Positions 43,713 to 53,275 of a DNA stretch of 64,000 nt are shown here, piece after piece. Location: assembly GCA_045612185.1 (NCBI GenBank), contig JAZKYO010000045.1, forward strand, positions 18,389 through 82,388, read 5' to 3'. The DNA is from Eubacteriales bacterium. Its GTDB lineage: Bacteria > Bacillota > Clostridia > Oscillospirales > CAG-272. Below the pieces are notes generated by a model. It made no database searches. It was not told where the DNA came from and saw only the letters and a list, made by a program, of their open reading frames with translations. Both the position numbers and the translations under genes were made by a program. How positions within the stretch are numbered: the first letter of the stretch is position 1; each line of letters opens with the position of its first letter.

Positions 43713-45560
43713 ATGGAATTTATTTTAGGATGCAATTATTGGGCATCAAACGCCGGTGCCGATATGTGGCGTGATTTTGATATTGAGTGCATTGACAAGG
43801 ACGTCCAGATCCTCAGTGACTACGGCGTAAAGTATATGAGAGTGTTTCCCAACTGGCGGGATTTTCAACCCGTAGAGCCTGTTTTGGGTGGCGGCGGTGT
43901 TCTTTTGGGATATACAATAAAGGAACAGCCTATACCCGATAATCCGTATTATCTTGACACCGAGATGCTTGATAAATTTTCCTTGTTTCTCGACGTTTGT
44001 AAAAAGTACAACATCAAGATTATTGTGGGGCTTATTACAGGCTGGATGAGCGGAAGGCTTTTTGTTCCTCCCGCTTTGTACGGAAAAAACGTGATCTCAT
44101 CGCTTACGGCGCAGTACTTTGAACAGCTTTTTATAAAGGGCTTTATCGAGCGCTTCATTGACAGAGAGGAAATTTATGCGTGGGATCTCGGAAACGAGTG
44201 CAACTGTACGGGCGGTGCCGAAAACCGCTGGGAAATCGCAAGCTGGGTTGCAATGATGACAAACGCCATAAAAGCCGCCGACAGCAGCCGCCCCGTGATT
44301 TCGGGTATGCACGAGCTTTATGTGGCGCAGAAAAAATGGACGATTGCCGACCAAGGGCTTTACGTGGATATGCTTACTACCCACCCATATCCGTTCTGGT
44401 GTCAGCATACAGGCATTGACGAAACTCTGTCTTTAAGAACAACCATGCACGCCACCGCGCAAACAAAGCTTTATGCCGAAATCGGCGGAAAGCCCTGCCT
44501 TGCCGAGGAGATAGGAACTATGGGACCTTCGATTTGCAGTGAAGAAAAGGCGGCAGACTTTTTGAGAGTGAATATGTTTTCTTTGTGGGCTAACGGCGCC
44601 GGCGGAGTAATGTGGTGGTGCGCCCACGACCAGAATGAGCTTGAAAGCAACCCCTACAGCTATCAGATGGTTGAAAGGGAACTTGGTATGCTTTACAATG
44701 ACCGCACACCCAAGCCCGTGCTAGGGGAAATGAAGAAATTCTCCTCTTGGATTGACAAACTTGATTTCAAGCTGCCTGCGGCACAGACCGATGCGGTTTG
44801 CCTGCTGACACGAGACCAAAACCACTGGGGCGTGGCTTACATGACCCACATACTTTGCAAAAAGGTGGGGCTTAACTGCAGATTTGCTTATGCCGATAAT
44901 CGACTTCCCGACTCAAAGCTTTACATAATGCCCTCAATAAGCGGTATTCAGATCATGCCCAAGAGCAGATACGACGAGCTGAAAAAGAGGGTTCGCGAGG
45001 GCGCTGATCTGTACATATCCTGCGGCAATGCGGTGTTAAGCGAATTTGAGGAGCTTACGGGGCTTAAGGTGATGGATTCCTATACGTGTAACGAATCCTT
45101 TAATGCGCAGATAGGTGACGAAAGTATCGCCTTTTCCCGTCCGAGAACTGTGACTGTCAAGCCTGTTTCTGCTGAGGTACTTGCATACGACAGCAATAAT
45201 AATCCTTTTGTTTCGGTAAACAAATACGGTAAGGGCAGAGTGTTTTTTGTAAACGCACCGATTGAAGGTAATCTCATTGAAAAGCACAACGCATTTGACG
45301 GCAATACGCATGTTGTGTACCGCAAAATTTTTGCGGATCACATAAATAATTACCCCGTAGAGCTTTCAAACAAGGATATTGTATTTACCTATCATCCCGT
45401 AAAGGACGGCGGATACGTTGTGGCGCTTAACCACTATGACGAGGAAAAGGAATTTGCCCTTAAGCTTAGTGACGGCTATTCGGTAGATAAGATCTATCAC
45501 GGCGATACGCGGAAAATCAATCCCTTTGACGCTTGCGTGTTCAAAATAGTAAGAAAGTAA
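43713..45560 (+). CDS. Clan GH-A TIM-barrel glycoside hydrolase with GH42-like C-terminal domain
   Basis: 615 aa from MEFILGCNYWASNAG. The tracked ORF start at 43437 would overlap the upstream gene. WDLGNECN (acid/base) and CLAEEIGT (nucleophile). Confidence 0.65.
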   Translation: MEFILGCNYWASNAGADMWRDFDIECIDKDVQILSDYGVKYMRVFPNWRDFQPVEPVLGGGGVLLGYTIKEQPIPDNPYYLDTEMLDKFSLFLDVCKKYNIKIIVGLITGWMSGRLFVPPALYGKNVISSLTAQYFEQLFIKGFIERFIDREEIYAWDLGNECNCTGGAENRWEIASWVAMMTNAIKAADSSRPVISGMHELYVAQKKWTIADQGLYVDMLTTHPYPFWCQHTGIDETLSLRTTMHATAQTKLYAEIGGKPCLAEEIGTMGPSICSEEKAADFLRVNMFSLWANGAGGVMWWCAHDQNELESNPYSYQMVERELGMLYNDRTPKPVLGEMKKFSSWIDKLDFKLPAAQTDAVCLLTRDQNHWGVAYMTHILCKKVGLNCRFAYADNRLPDSKLYIMPSISGIQIMPKSRYDELKKRVREGADLYISCGNAVLSEFEELTGLKVMDSYTCNESFNAQIGDESIAFSRPRTVTVKPVSAEVLAYDSNNNPFVSVNKYGKGRVFFVNAPIEGNLIEKHNAFDGNTHVVYRKIFADHINNYPVELSNKDIVFTYHPVKDGGYVVALNHYDEEKEFALKLSDGYSVDKIYHGDTRKINPFDACVFKIVRK

Positions 45561-45660
45561 TTATAGCACCGAAGAGCGGTCACGTGACCGCTCTTCTTTT
45601 ATGCTTTGTTTTCTTAAAATAGCCTCAATCTATTGAACTTTCCACTTCTTCTGAGGCTAA
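45561..45660 (+). repeat. Modular intergenic repeat, copy G (terminator form 2, M)
   Basis: TTATAGCACCGAAGAGCGGTCACGTGACCGCTCTTCTTTTATGC (hairpin 45571-45596 then TTTT) parallels copy A at 2181-2224. Then AAAATAGCCTCAA and TTGAACTTTCCAC. Confidence 0.75.
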
Positions 45661-45677
45661 TCGGAGCTTCAGTTAAA

Positions 45678-45717
45678 TTATGCAAAATTGTGCAAAATTG
45701 TGCGGAATTGTGCAAAA
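45678..45717 (+). repeat. Four tandem 10-bp repeats (TTGTGCAAAA-like) upstream of the promoter
   Basis: TTATGCAAAA TTGTGCAAAA TTGTGCGGAA TTGTGCAAAA has one helical turn per unit and ends 14 nt before the -35. It is related to the GTTTGCGGAATTGT end of module Z. Confidence 0.85.
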
Positions 45718-45731
45718 TGGCAATTTTGGTA

Positions 45732-45760
45732 TTGACAAAGTATTTCTTATATGGTATAAT
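45732..45760 (+). promoter_or_regulatory. Consensus extended -10 promoter of the 2065-aa protein gene
   Basis: TTGACA (45732-45737), 17 nt, TGgTATAAT (TATAAT 45755-45760). Confidence 0.65.
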
Positions 45761-45873
45761 TTACTATAATTGGGGCGGTTTGCAGTTGCGTAAAACAACC
45801 GAAATTTTATACTGCTTTTTGTGTCTTGTTTCAATTAATTTATAACGATCCATGAAAGGAAGAGAGGAAAGAA

Positions 45874-48800
45874 ATGAAAAGCTTGAAGAAACCATTAGCT
45901 CTACTCTTGACGATGCTTATGCTCGTCTCAGCGCTTCCGCTTGGCGTGTTTGCGGCGGAAGCCACCGCTTTGGCTACAGCAACAACCGCTGTGACTGCCG
46001 AAGACAACAAAATTTACTACAAGTATACCTTTGAGGAGGCTACGCCAAGCGATACTGTCGAAAGCAGAGCTATATCTGCTGTTGGTGAGAAGGATTCAAA
46101 TCCTATGAAGCTCAGTCAAGACGGTTCGGTTCCGGGGCACGTAGTTAAGGAGAACGGAAATCAGTTCTACAGAGTTGAATATCCCAAGACCTACACCTCG
46201 TGGCACGGTATGCGCTTTTCGCTTTACGACGGTGTGACCAACCATATAATCACAAACGGTGTTGCTATTGACTTTGATTTCAGATGGCTGGGTACAGGTA
46301 GCGTAACGACGAATGCAGGAATCAATTTCGTTAAGCTCCGCAGAAGCAAAGGCGGCAATATTGAGGCCTATCTTATTGAAGGCTCGGTAGATGCCAACGG
46401 CTCGTTGACTTTGAAGACCGGCAGTAGCGTTATCGCAACCTTCCCCAAGCAGGGGGCTGAAGGACATAACCCCAACTTTACCAATATCCGCGTTGAGTAC
46501 TATGACACTACCTATACCTATAATATCTATATAGGCGGTCAGTGTGTTGTGGAAGGCATGTCGGTCGATCTTGTGGCCAGTGAAGATATGCGTACGGGAC
46601 AGTTTATTGATTCCAAGTTTGACAGTGATTACTTTACTACCTCAAGAGACAACATCTCTATTGCAGGAGACCGTTGGAGCTTTGAGATTGCACGTATCAA
46701 TGCAACAAAAGATAAAGAGTTCAACTACGTTATGGACTTTGACAACGTGTACATAAACGGTATCGGTCCCAAAGAGGGAAGAAGCTACTATTATAACAAC
46801 AGTTTCGATAACACTACCCTTAACGGTATTACGGCACGTACCACCGATATGACTTACTATTTCAGAGGGACTGCGCCTACTATTACGAAGACAGGCGACA
46901 ACGGATATATTTCATTCGGTGCAAAATCAAGAATGGATTTGCGCGATACGTATCAGATAATACAGGACGGTAACTGGACTGTTTCCTTCAAGCTTCAGGG
47001 TACGGTCGCGAGTACAGACACCGGTAAGAAATGCATACTTCGTATACACAACCGAATAGATACTCTTCAGTTCCTTCAGCTTGACAAGGACGGTAATCTT
47101 TATCTTGGAAACAATTCGGATCCGGGTACAACCCGTCAGCAAATTCCCGGGGTTAAAGTTCCCGCGGTAGGCTCGGACGATTGGGTTGAGATAACTGTTT
47201 CATGTCTTGTAAATAACCAGAATCATACCGGTGTTTACTCGGATTTTGTAGCGCCATCGTCTCCTGCAAGAAGATATACCTTTATTCTTTGGGTTGACGG
47301 CAAGCTTTGCGGTGCAATGACCCACAGCGACGCACAGTTCTTAAGAAGTGAACTTAATGCGAGCGGTAAATACACGGTAAACGATATGTCGTTTACGCAG
47401 AACATCCTTGACAAGGAGCTTACCCACGAGGAAATGACGGCAAAGGGATATACTCTTGTTGAGGAAACATCTACGCGAAAAACCTATTACAACGAAAAGA
47501 CCTACGATTACTATCAGTTCCAGTATGCGGATGGCGCCTTTAAGACAGGAGTGTTCTTTGATTTCAAGACCGCATTTTCAGCTTCTTCTAAGGCCATGAG
47601 CACGGCAGAAGGTAAAGCCGTTCTTGCAGGAGGAAACTGGACTTTGAGCCAAACAGGAACCGCCAGCACAAAGGATAACGTTGAAAGCCGCAACGATACC
47701 TACCTTAACTCGGTTACCGGCGAAAAGGCAATAGTTACTATGACACGCACCGCGGGATCGACAGCCGACTTTGCTTTCAAATCCGCTGTTCGCCACGTGG
47801 CTATTCCCAGCTATACAAACAACGACGTTCTTGGTTTCTTTGACCAGAATGCTTCTACGATTACCGCTAATATAGATGACCTTAAGCTTTATTCCGGTAT
47901 CGGTTATCCAACTTACGCGGATGGCGCTGATGATAAAGAAGGGGTTATCAACGAGGTTGAGTTTGCAAATCTTGCTACCAACATAACTGTTTCGGGTGTT
48001 GGAAACGTTGTTAATAACCGCGGCGGACGTCACGGTATCATATATTCCGAAAATTTTGTTTCTTCCAAGGTTGAATCTAAGTCCGAGACAGCGAACGGAA
48101 AAAAAGTTAATTACGTAACCCTTACCTCGGGTACAGACGACGTTTTCCTTCATCTCAATGCCGACTATTCGGGCGGTAAGGTGTTTGCGGCAGAGCTGAC
48201 CGTGAGAAAGCTCTCGGGTCTGACCGAGGCGTTCCATCTTATCAGACTTTTCCGTGAGGGCGAAAATGACGCCTCAATCACTACTACAGATCTACTTAAG
48301 TATTCATATACTAAGAAGACACCGTTCTTCACTATGAACGGCGTTTCGGCTTACATAGTGGACGGTGCGGGCAAGCCCATTTCCTTGGCGGGTAATGAGT
48401 GGACTACATTCAGAGTGGTTATTGATGAAAGCGGCAAGAAGCCTTTGGTGACATTCTACGTAAATGGAAAGGTTGCCAACTACTATACCGACGATATGCT
48501 AGTTCCTCTCAAGGCTATAAATCTTGAAGGCGTTATCTCGGATGATTTCAGCGCGCACAAGTACGATATAGACCAAAGAGTTACGTTTATTAAGACTATA
48601 GGTTCTTCGGCTATCATCGATCTTCTTGATGCCAAGATAGAGTATGCAGAAGCTCCCAAGAATTTCGTATGGGCTGACTCGGTTGCTCTTGACTTCTCCA
48701 AGATAAGTGACGTTTCACAGCTTGGTGACCAGTTCCTTATAAGTGACGGCGTTTATATTGAAAACGGCGAGCTTGTAATTCCCAATGGCGAGACCTTCGG

Positions 48801-51800
48801 TTGGCTTGACTACAACGGAACCTTTGCCGAGTTTGCGAGAACAAACGGTGCCGATCCTACCTACAAGTACAGATTTAACGACGGATATGCCTTTGAAATG
48901 AAGGTTAAGGCAGCTTCAAGCGGTAGCTCGCAGAAGGGGCTGCTGAAATGCACCAGTGACGCAAAGACAGGAAATAACATGATGTATATGCAACGTGGCA
49001 AGATATATATGTCAGGTGCTATTTCCGGTTACACTTTGAATACTCTTGAATCGGGTCAATATTCCGACATTTCACTTCTGTATACGAATAACGAGACCAG
49101 AGGTACTGTTTTTGCGGACGGTAAGATGATCGGTATGGTGGGCTTTGCAGATGGAACGGCGATAACCAATCTTGTCAACGATGAGATTGCGTTTATGTTT
49201 GCCGATGGCATCAAGCTTGCCGAGCTCTACATCCACAGAGACCAGAAGAGAGTTCTCGCAACCAACTCGGGTGATATCTTCGAGCTTGACCCCGATGCAT
49301 GGCTTCCCAAGGATCCCAAGGATGCGAAATATTATCCTTTTAATCCCAAATCAGCTTCCGGTGTTATGGACAGTGATACCAACGCCTTCAGATTGTATGC
49401 CGCATTCCTTAACGATGACGAAGTAGGAAACTATTATCGCTTCAACATGGTTAAGAATGAGGATGAGATTATAGCCGACGATGCCAATACAGCTGACGTT
49501 AATGAGGCAAATTACGGTGTTGTGGTTAAGAGCCAGACATGGAATGATATCGTTGTTACCGACTATCTTGAGGATAGAACAACGGTGTTTGAGTACGATA
49601 TAAGATTTAAGCCCCATGTGGACGCCAGAGAAGGTTATACCATTCAGCTTCTCGGTATCAGACGTACCGAGGAGGGCTCGTCATCAAATAAAATGGAAGA
49701 CATTTTACTTCTCGGCGAAGACGGAACGCTTAAATTCCTTGGCTATACTCTTTGTAATACAAAAGGAATTCCCTATAAGCTTGACGGAAGCAAGTGGGTC
49801 AATATTTCCGTAATCTATGATGCAAACGCGGGTAAAGCAAGCTGTATCGTAGACGGACAGATTCTCCATTATAAGAACTCCAAAAACGTTGTTCTCGGTC
49901 TTGCCGATAAGGTACAGCTTGCTACAGTGCGCTACTATCGCATGGATGCGGCTGATACCAAGATCAGGTTCTTTAACACCTCGTCTGTCAGTGCTGATGC
50001 GACTGTTAAATTGAGCGCGCTCGGTATGCTTGATATCGCGGGATTGAAGATTTATAATATTGACGATACTGCCAACGTAGGCTACATTGGCGTTCAGAAG
50101 GATACCTCAAACAATAATATCAGACTTGTTGCCGGTTCAGATATGCTTTACTACGGAAACGTTGGATTTGACGTAGTGGCATTCGATGCCAACGGTAATT
50201 TGCTTTCCAAAGATACTAAGAGTTATTCTACAAATGCCGTTTACTCATCGATAATCGAAACTGTGGAAGGTGTAAAGAATATCGAATATCCCGAAAATTT
50301 CGGATACAGATATTTCTATACCGCAAACATTATGGATGTTGATCAGGAAAAAGCGGTTAAGCTTAACGTAACCCCCTTCAGTATTGTTAACGGAGAAAAG
50401 TACCCCGCATCTACAGTTACTCTTGAAATCGACTTTACGAGACCTATGGATCAATGGGTGCTTTCGGATGTCGATTCCGTGGAGATCAAACCTCAGGGCG
50501 ACAATATGAACGCTAACTTCAGCACTACCGATATTGTAAAATATACAAACGGCGGTTCGCTTGAGCTTAACGGACTTGGAGCTAAGTTTGGCTTTGCGGC
50601 AGACCTTAAGGGCGGTGTGGTAAGCGTAAACCTTACTAACGCAAAGGGTGAGGACGTTACAGAAAGCGTATTTGATATCTACGTTGACGGTGTCCTTACA
50701 CAAAAAGATCTTACACTTGAGTTTGGTCATCATACAATAGTTCTTGCTGAGAATAAGACAGGTGAGCACGAATTTGTAATTGTTAAGAAAAGCGGCGGCG
50801 ATTACGTGTGCATCAACAATATGAGCCTATACGGAACACTTATCGATGCTCCCGAGCTTGCCGAGGAGAATGCGGTTATAGTTACAGTTGCCGCGCCCGG
50901 GAACAATGTTCCTTACGGCACTGTAAACGTGTATGCCAGAACGTCGGATTCCACCGAAAATTATTACATAAAGTATCAGTTCAGCTATCTTAACTACCCG
51001 CTTAACAATTACAATTATATAACGGGTCCTGCCAATTCACACAATAATGCTAAGATGTACAGAATAAACACCGCAACTATTGTCAACAGAGCAAGCGGCA
51101 GTGACGTAACTGTATATCAGATACTCCAGGGCGGTGAGATATCGCTTGCTATAAAAGAGGGCGGACACGTGGTTACCAAAGCCGAATACCAGGCTGCGAA
51201 ATCCGATGTTGAGAAATGCTTAGATACAGCTACTGACAACGGCTACATAAAGAGAATGAACGCGGCAATCGCCGCGGCAGCTGATGGCGCGGCTAATACT
51301 ACCGCGAGAGCAGCGGGTGACTTTGTTGGCGGATGGCACGGTGACGAGAACATCGAGGACGGACAGATAGCCATGTATCTTGACGGTAAAAAGCTTGACC
51401 TCACAAAGGCAGGTTCCTATACGGGTACACACTTTATCTTCGATCAGACATGTATTATCGACAGATGCGATGAGCCCGAAACTCAGGTCATGAGACACCG
51501 CCAGTATATGCTTATTGATACCAACGGTTTCCGCAATGACCAAACTGTTGAGTTCCTTACAGCTGACTTCGTTCCGGATGAAACACAGTCGTATCTCCAG
51601 ATGTGCACATTCAACAGACAGAACTTCTCACTTTCTTCTTCAGAAAAAACTAAACCCGAGAACTATATTTGTGCTGTATTTAACCTTCTTGACGCCAACG
51701 GAACGGTTCTTTCCGAGCATGATTTCAGCAATCATAAGGCAGGAAACAAAGATGACGGTGGCGACGGAACAATAAGCGACGTTGGTTCGGCAAACAAGGC

Positions 51801-52071
51801 AGATAACAGATACGTTGAGTATATCGGTAACGAGAACAGTGAAGGAAAAGGCTTGTACGGAAGAGTTGGATTTGTTATCAGCGATGCCAGCGTACAGCCT
51901 TCCACGGCAACTATTATGATAAGAGAGACTCAGGGAGACAATAAGTGGTATGCATCCTTTAAGTCTTACAACGGTACTACTGTTCCGCTTGGTGAGGTTT
52001 GGAACGTAAGCGATTACTACTATATTGATTACGCTCCCAACAACGTGGTTGCAGAAATCACGGCAGAATAA
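45874..52071 (+). CDS. Giant secreted protein with multiple LamG/concanavalin-like jelly-roll domains; function unknown
   Basis: 2065 aa. Signal peptide MKSLKKPLALLLTMLMLVSALPLGVFAAEA. Recurrent LamG-type segments: WVEITVSCLV...ILWVDGKLCG; WTTFRVVIDESGKKPLVTFYVNGKVANYY; YSDISLLYTNNETRGTVFADGKMIG; WVNISVIYDANAGKASCIVDGQILHY. GGAAAG/GAGAGG RBS. I saw no LPXTG, SLH or dockerin motif. Confidence 0.8.
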   Translation: MKSLKKPLALLLTMLMLVSALPLGVFAAEATALATATTAVTAEDNKIYYKYTFEEATPSDTVESRAISAVGEKDSNPMKLSQDGSVPGHVVKENGNQFYRVEYPKTYTSWHGMRFSLYDGVTNHIITNGVAIDFDFRWLGTGSVTTNAGINFVKLRRSKGGNIEAYLIEGSVDANGSLTLKTGSSVIATFPKQGAEGHNPNFTNIRVEYYDTTYTYNIYIGGQCVVEGMSVDLVASEDMRTGQFIDSKFDSDYFTTSRDNISIAGDRWSFEIARINATKDKEFNYVMDFDNVYINGIGPKEGRSYYYNNSFDNTTLNGITARTTDMTYYFRGTAPTITKTGDNGYISFGAKSRMDLRDTYQIIQDGNWTVSFKLQGTVASTDTGKKCILRIHNRIDTLQFLQLDKDGNLYLGNNSDPGTTRQQIPGVKVPAVGSDDWVEITVSCLVNNQNHTGVYSDFVAPSSPARRYTFILWVDGKLCGAMTHSDAQFLRSELNASGKYTVNDMSFTQNILDKELTHEEMTAKGYTLVEETSTRKTYYNEKTYDYYQFQYADGAFKTGVFFDFKTAFSASSKAMSTAEGKAVLAGGNWTLSQTGTASTKDNVESRNDTYLNSVTGEKAIVTMTRTAGSTADFAFKSAVRHVAIPSYTNNDVLGFFDQNASTITANIDDLKLYSGIGYPTYADGADDKEGVINEVEFANLATNITVSGVGNVVNNRGGRHGIIYSENFVSSKVESKSETANGKKVNYVTLTSGTDDVFLHLNADYSGGKVFAAELTVRKLSGLTEAFHLIRLFREGENDASITTTDLLKYSYTKKTPFFTMNGVSAYIVDGAGKPISLAGNEWTTFRVVIDESGKKPLVTFYVNGKVANYYTDDMLVPLKAINLEGVISDDFSAHKYDIDQRVTFIKTIGSSAIIDLLDAKIEYAEAPKNFVWADSVALDFSKISDVSQLGDQFLISDGVYIENGELVIPNGETFGWLDYNGTFAEFARTNGADPTYKYRFNDGYAFEMKVKAASSGSSQKGLLKCTSDAKTGNNMMYMQRGKIYMSGAISGYTLNTLESGQYSDISLLYTNNETRGTVFADGKMIGMVGFADGTAITNLVNDEIAFMFADGIKLAELYIHRDQKRVLATNSGDIFELDPDAWLPKDPKDAKYYPFNPKSASGVMDSDTNAFRLYAAFLNDDEVGNYYRFNMVKNEDEIIADDANTADVNEANYGVVVKSQTWNDIVVTDYLEDRTTVFEYDIRFKPHVDAREGYTIQLLGIRRTEEGSSSNKMEDILLLGEDGTLKFLGYTLCNTKGIPYKLDGSKWVNISVIYDANAGKASCIVDGQILHYKNSKNVVLGLADKVQLATVRYYRMDAADTKIRFFNTSSVSADATVKLSALGMLDIAGLKIYNIDDTANVGYIGVQKDTSNNNIRLVAGSDMLYYGNVGFDVVAFDANGNLLSKDTKSYSTNAVYSSIIETVEGVKNIEYPENFGYRYFYTANIMDVDQEKAVKLNVTPFSIVNGEKYPASTVTLEIDFTRPMDQWVLSDVDSVEIKPQGDNMNANFSTTDIVKYTNGGSLELNGLGAKFGFAADLKGGVVSVNLTNAKGEDVTESVFDIYVDGVLTQKDLTLEFGHHTIVLAENKTGEHEFVIVKKSGGDYVCINNMSLYGTLIDAPELAEENAVIVTVAAPGNNVPYGTVNVYARTSDSTENYYIKYQFSYLNYPLNNYNYITGPANSHNNAKMYRINTATIVNRASGSDVTVYQILQGGEISLAIKEGGHVVTKAEYQAAKSDVEKCLDTATDNGYIKRMNAAIAAAADGAANTTARAAGDFVGGWHGDENIEDGQIAMYLDGKKLDLTKAGSYTGTHFIFDQTCIIDRCDEPETQVMRHRQYMLIDTNGFRNDQTVEFLTADFVPDETQSYLQMCTFNRQNFSLSSSEKTKPENYICAVFNLLDANGTVLSEHDFSNHKAGNKDDGGDGTISDVGSANKADNRYVEYIGNENSEGKGLYGRVGFVISDASVQPSTATIMIRETQGDNKWYASFKSYNGTTVPLGEVWNVSDYYYIDYAPNNVVAEITAE

Positions 52072-52128
52072 AATCAAATTGCTGATTGTTTGTGAAGTGA
52101 ATTATAAACAGTTTACAAAGAAAGCAAA

Positions 52129-52165
52129 AACCTCCTATGGCATAAAGCCATAGGAGGTTTATTTT
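52129..52165 (+). terminator. Rho-independent terminator of the giant gene
   Basis: AACCTCCTATGGC-ATAAA-GCCATAGGAGGTT (13-bp perfect stem), followed by TATTTTT. Confidence 0.8.
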
Positions 52166-52280
52166 TCATTGTTTTAAGATGAGCAAACCGGAAGCTTTCC
52201 GCTGTAGCTTTATTACATTAAAAAAGCCCATTTTTGCTAATAGGCTTTTTTCGTTGTTTGCGGAATTGTTGCGTTTTTGC
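52166..52280 (+). repeat. Modular intergenic repeat, copy I (partial M/V, Z)
   Basis: CCGGAAGCTTTCCGCTGTAGCTTTATTACATTAAAAAAGCCCATTTTTGCTAATAGGCTTTTTTCGTTGTTTGCGGAATTGT parallels 5100-5182 of copy B. Confidence 0.75.
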
Positions 52281-52284
52281 AATA

Positions 52285-53010
52285 TTAAGACGGATGTTGT
52301 TTGCGGTACTGAAGCGGCGAAAGACCGATGTGCTTTTTAAAGCAGGTGGAAAAATAAAATGAGTCGCGAAAGCCGCACTTAGTAGAAATACTCTCGATGC
52401 TTTCGTAAGGATTAATGATCAACAGCTGCTGTGCGCGGGCGATGCGAAGATCAATGAGATAATTATGCGGCGTTTTTTGTGTTTTTGCCTTGAAGCATCT
52501 TCTCATATAGTCTGTATTGTAGCCTATATTTTTAATTGCTTCGGTAAGATCAAAGTCGCAATTTTCAAGATTTTCAAGAATTGTATTTTTCAAAAGCTCT
52601 ACTATGGAATTCTGATTTTCTTTAGAGGAAAAGCGTTTTGCGTATTGAATCAATGCATCCAAAAGACTGCCGGCGATACGTTGATAATTGTCCTCTTTTT
52701 TATTCATAATTCCATGGATCATCCAAGCCAGTGACTCTGTATAGGATTCGTTGTCATGAAGTACGAGAGGTTGGGAGATATCCGTAGAATCGCAATGAAT
52801 TACCAAATCGAAAAACTGTCCTTGAGAATAATCGGAATGAAATATTTCAGGGGGAACACAATAAAGATCACCCTTGGATACCATATAAGTTCTATCACCT
52901 ATCGTGGTGTGACTGTCGCCGCAAAGGCGATAAACGATCTCGAGACAACCGTGCTTATGTTTTGATGAACGGGAAATATCAGAATTTATTAAAGAAAACA
53001 AAACCTTCAT
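52285..53010 (-). CDS. AraC/XylS family transcriptional regulator
   Basis: C-terminus: ...LTEAIKNIGYNTDYMRRCFKAKTQKTPHNYLIDLRIARAQQLLIINPYESIESISTKCGFRDSFYFSTCFKKHIGLSPLQYR. Preferred start is MKVLFSL (53010). Confidence 0.85.
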   Translation of the reverse strand: MKVLFSLINSDISRSSKHKHGCLEIVYRLCGDSHTTIGDRTYMVSKGDLYCVPPEIFHSDYSQGQFFDLVIHCDSTDISQPLVLHDNESYTESLAWMIHGIMNKKEDNYQRIAGSLLDALIQYAKRFSSKENQNSIVELLKNTILENLENCDFDLTEAIKNIGYNTDYMRRCFKAKTQKTPHNYLIDLRIARAQQLLIINPYESIESISTKCGFRDSFYFSTCFKKHIGLSPLQYRKQHPS

Positions 53011-53275
53011 ACTCTTACCTCTCAATTATAGCCCCATAATAACATAAAAGGTCGGTTTTGTCAAGATTTTGGTCTGCATATAATATTCACTTTTGGCTCA
53101 ATCGTGTTTATAATGGATATATCACCTGGGTTTTGCGAGAGACGCTGTAGTTTTAAATGGTTCACTATCTTACAGGGGCGGGTATTCTTATTCACTTCTT
53201 CACGATGTGGGCGATGCTTACGGCGGTTTCCGTTGGGCGGTTATCTGAGAGCATATACTTTACAAGGAGGTACAT

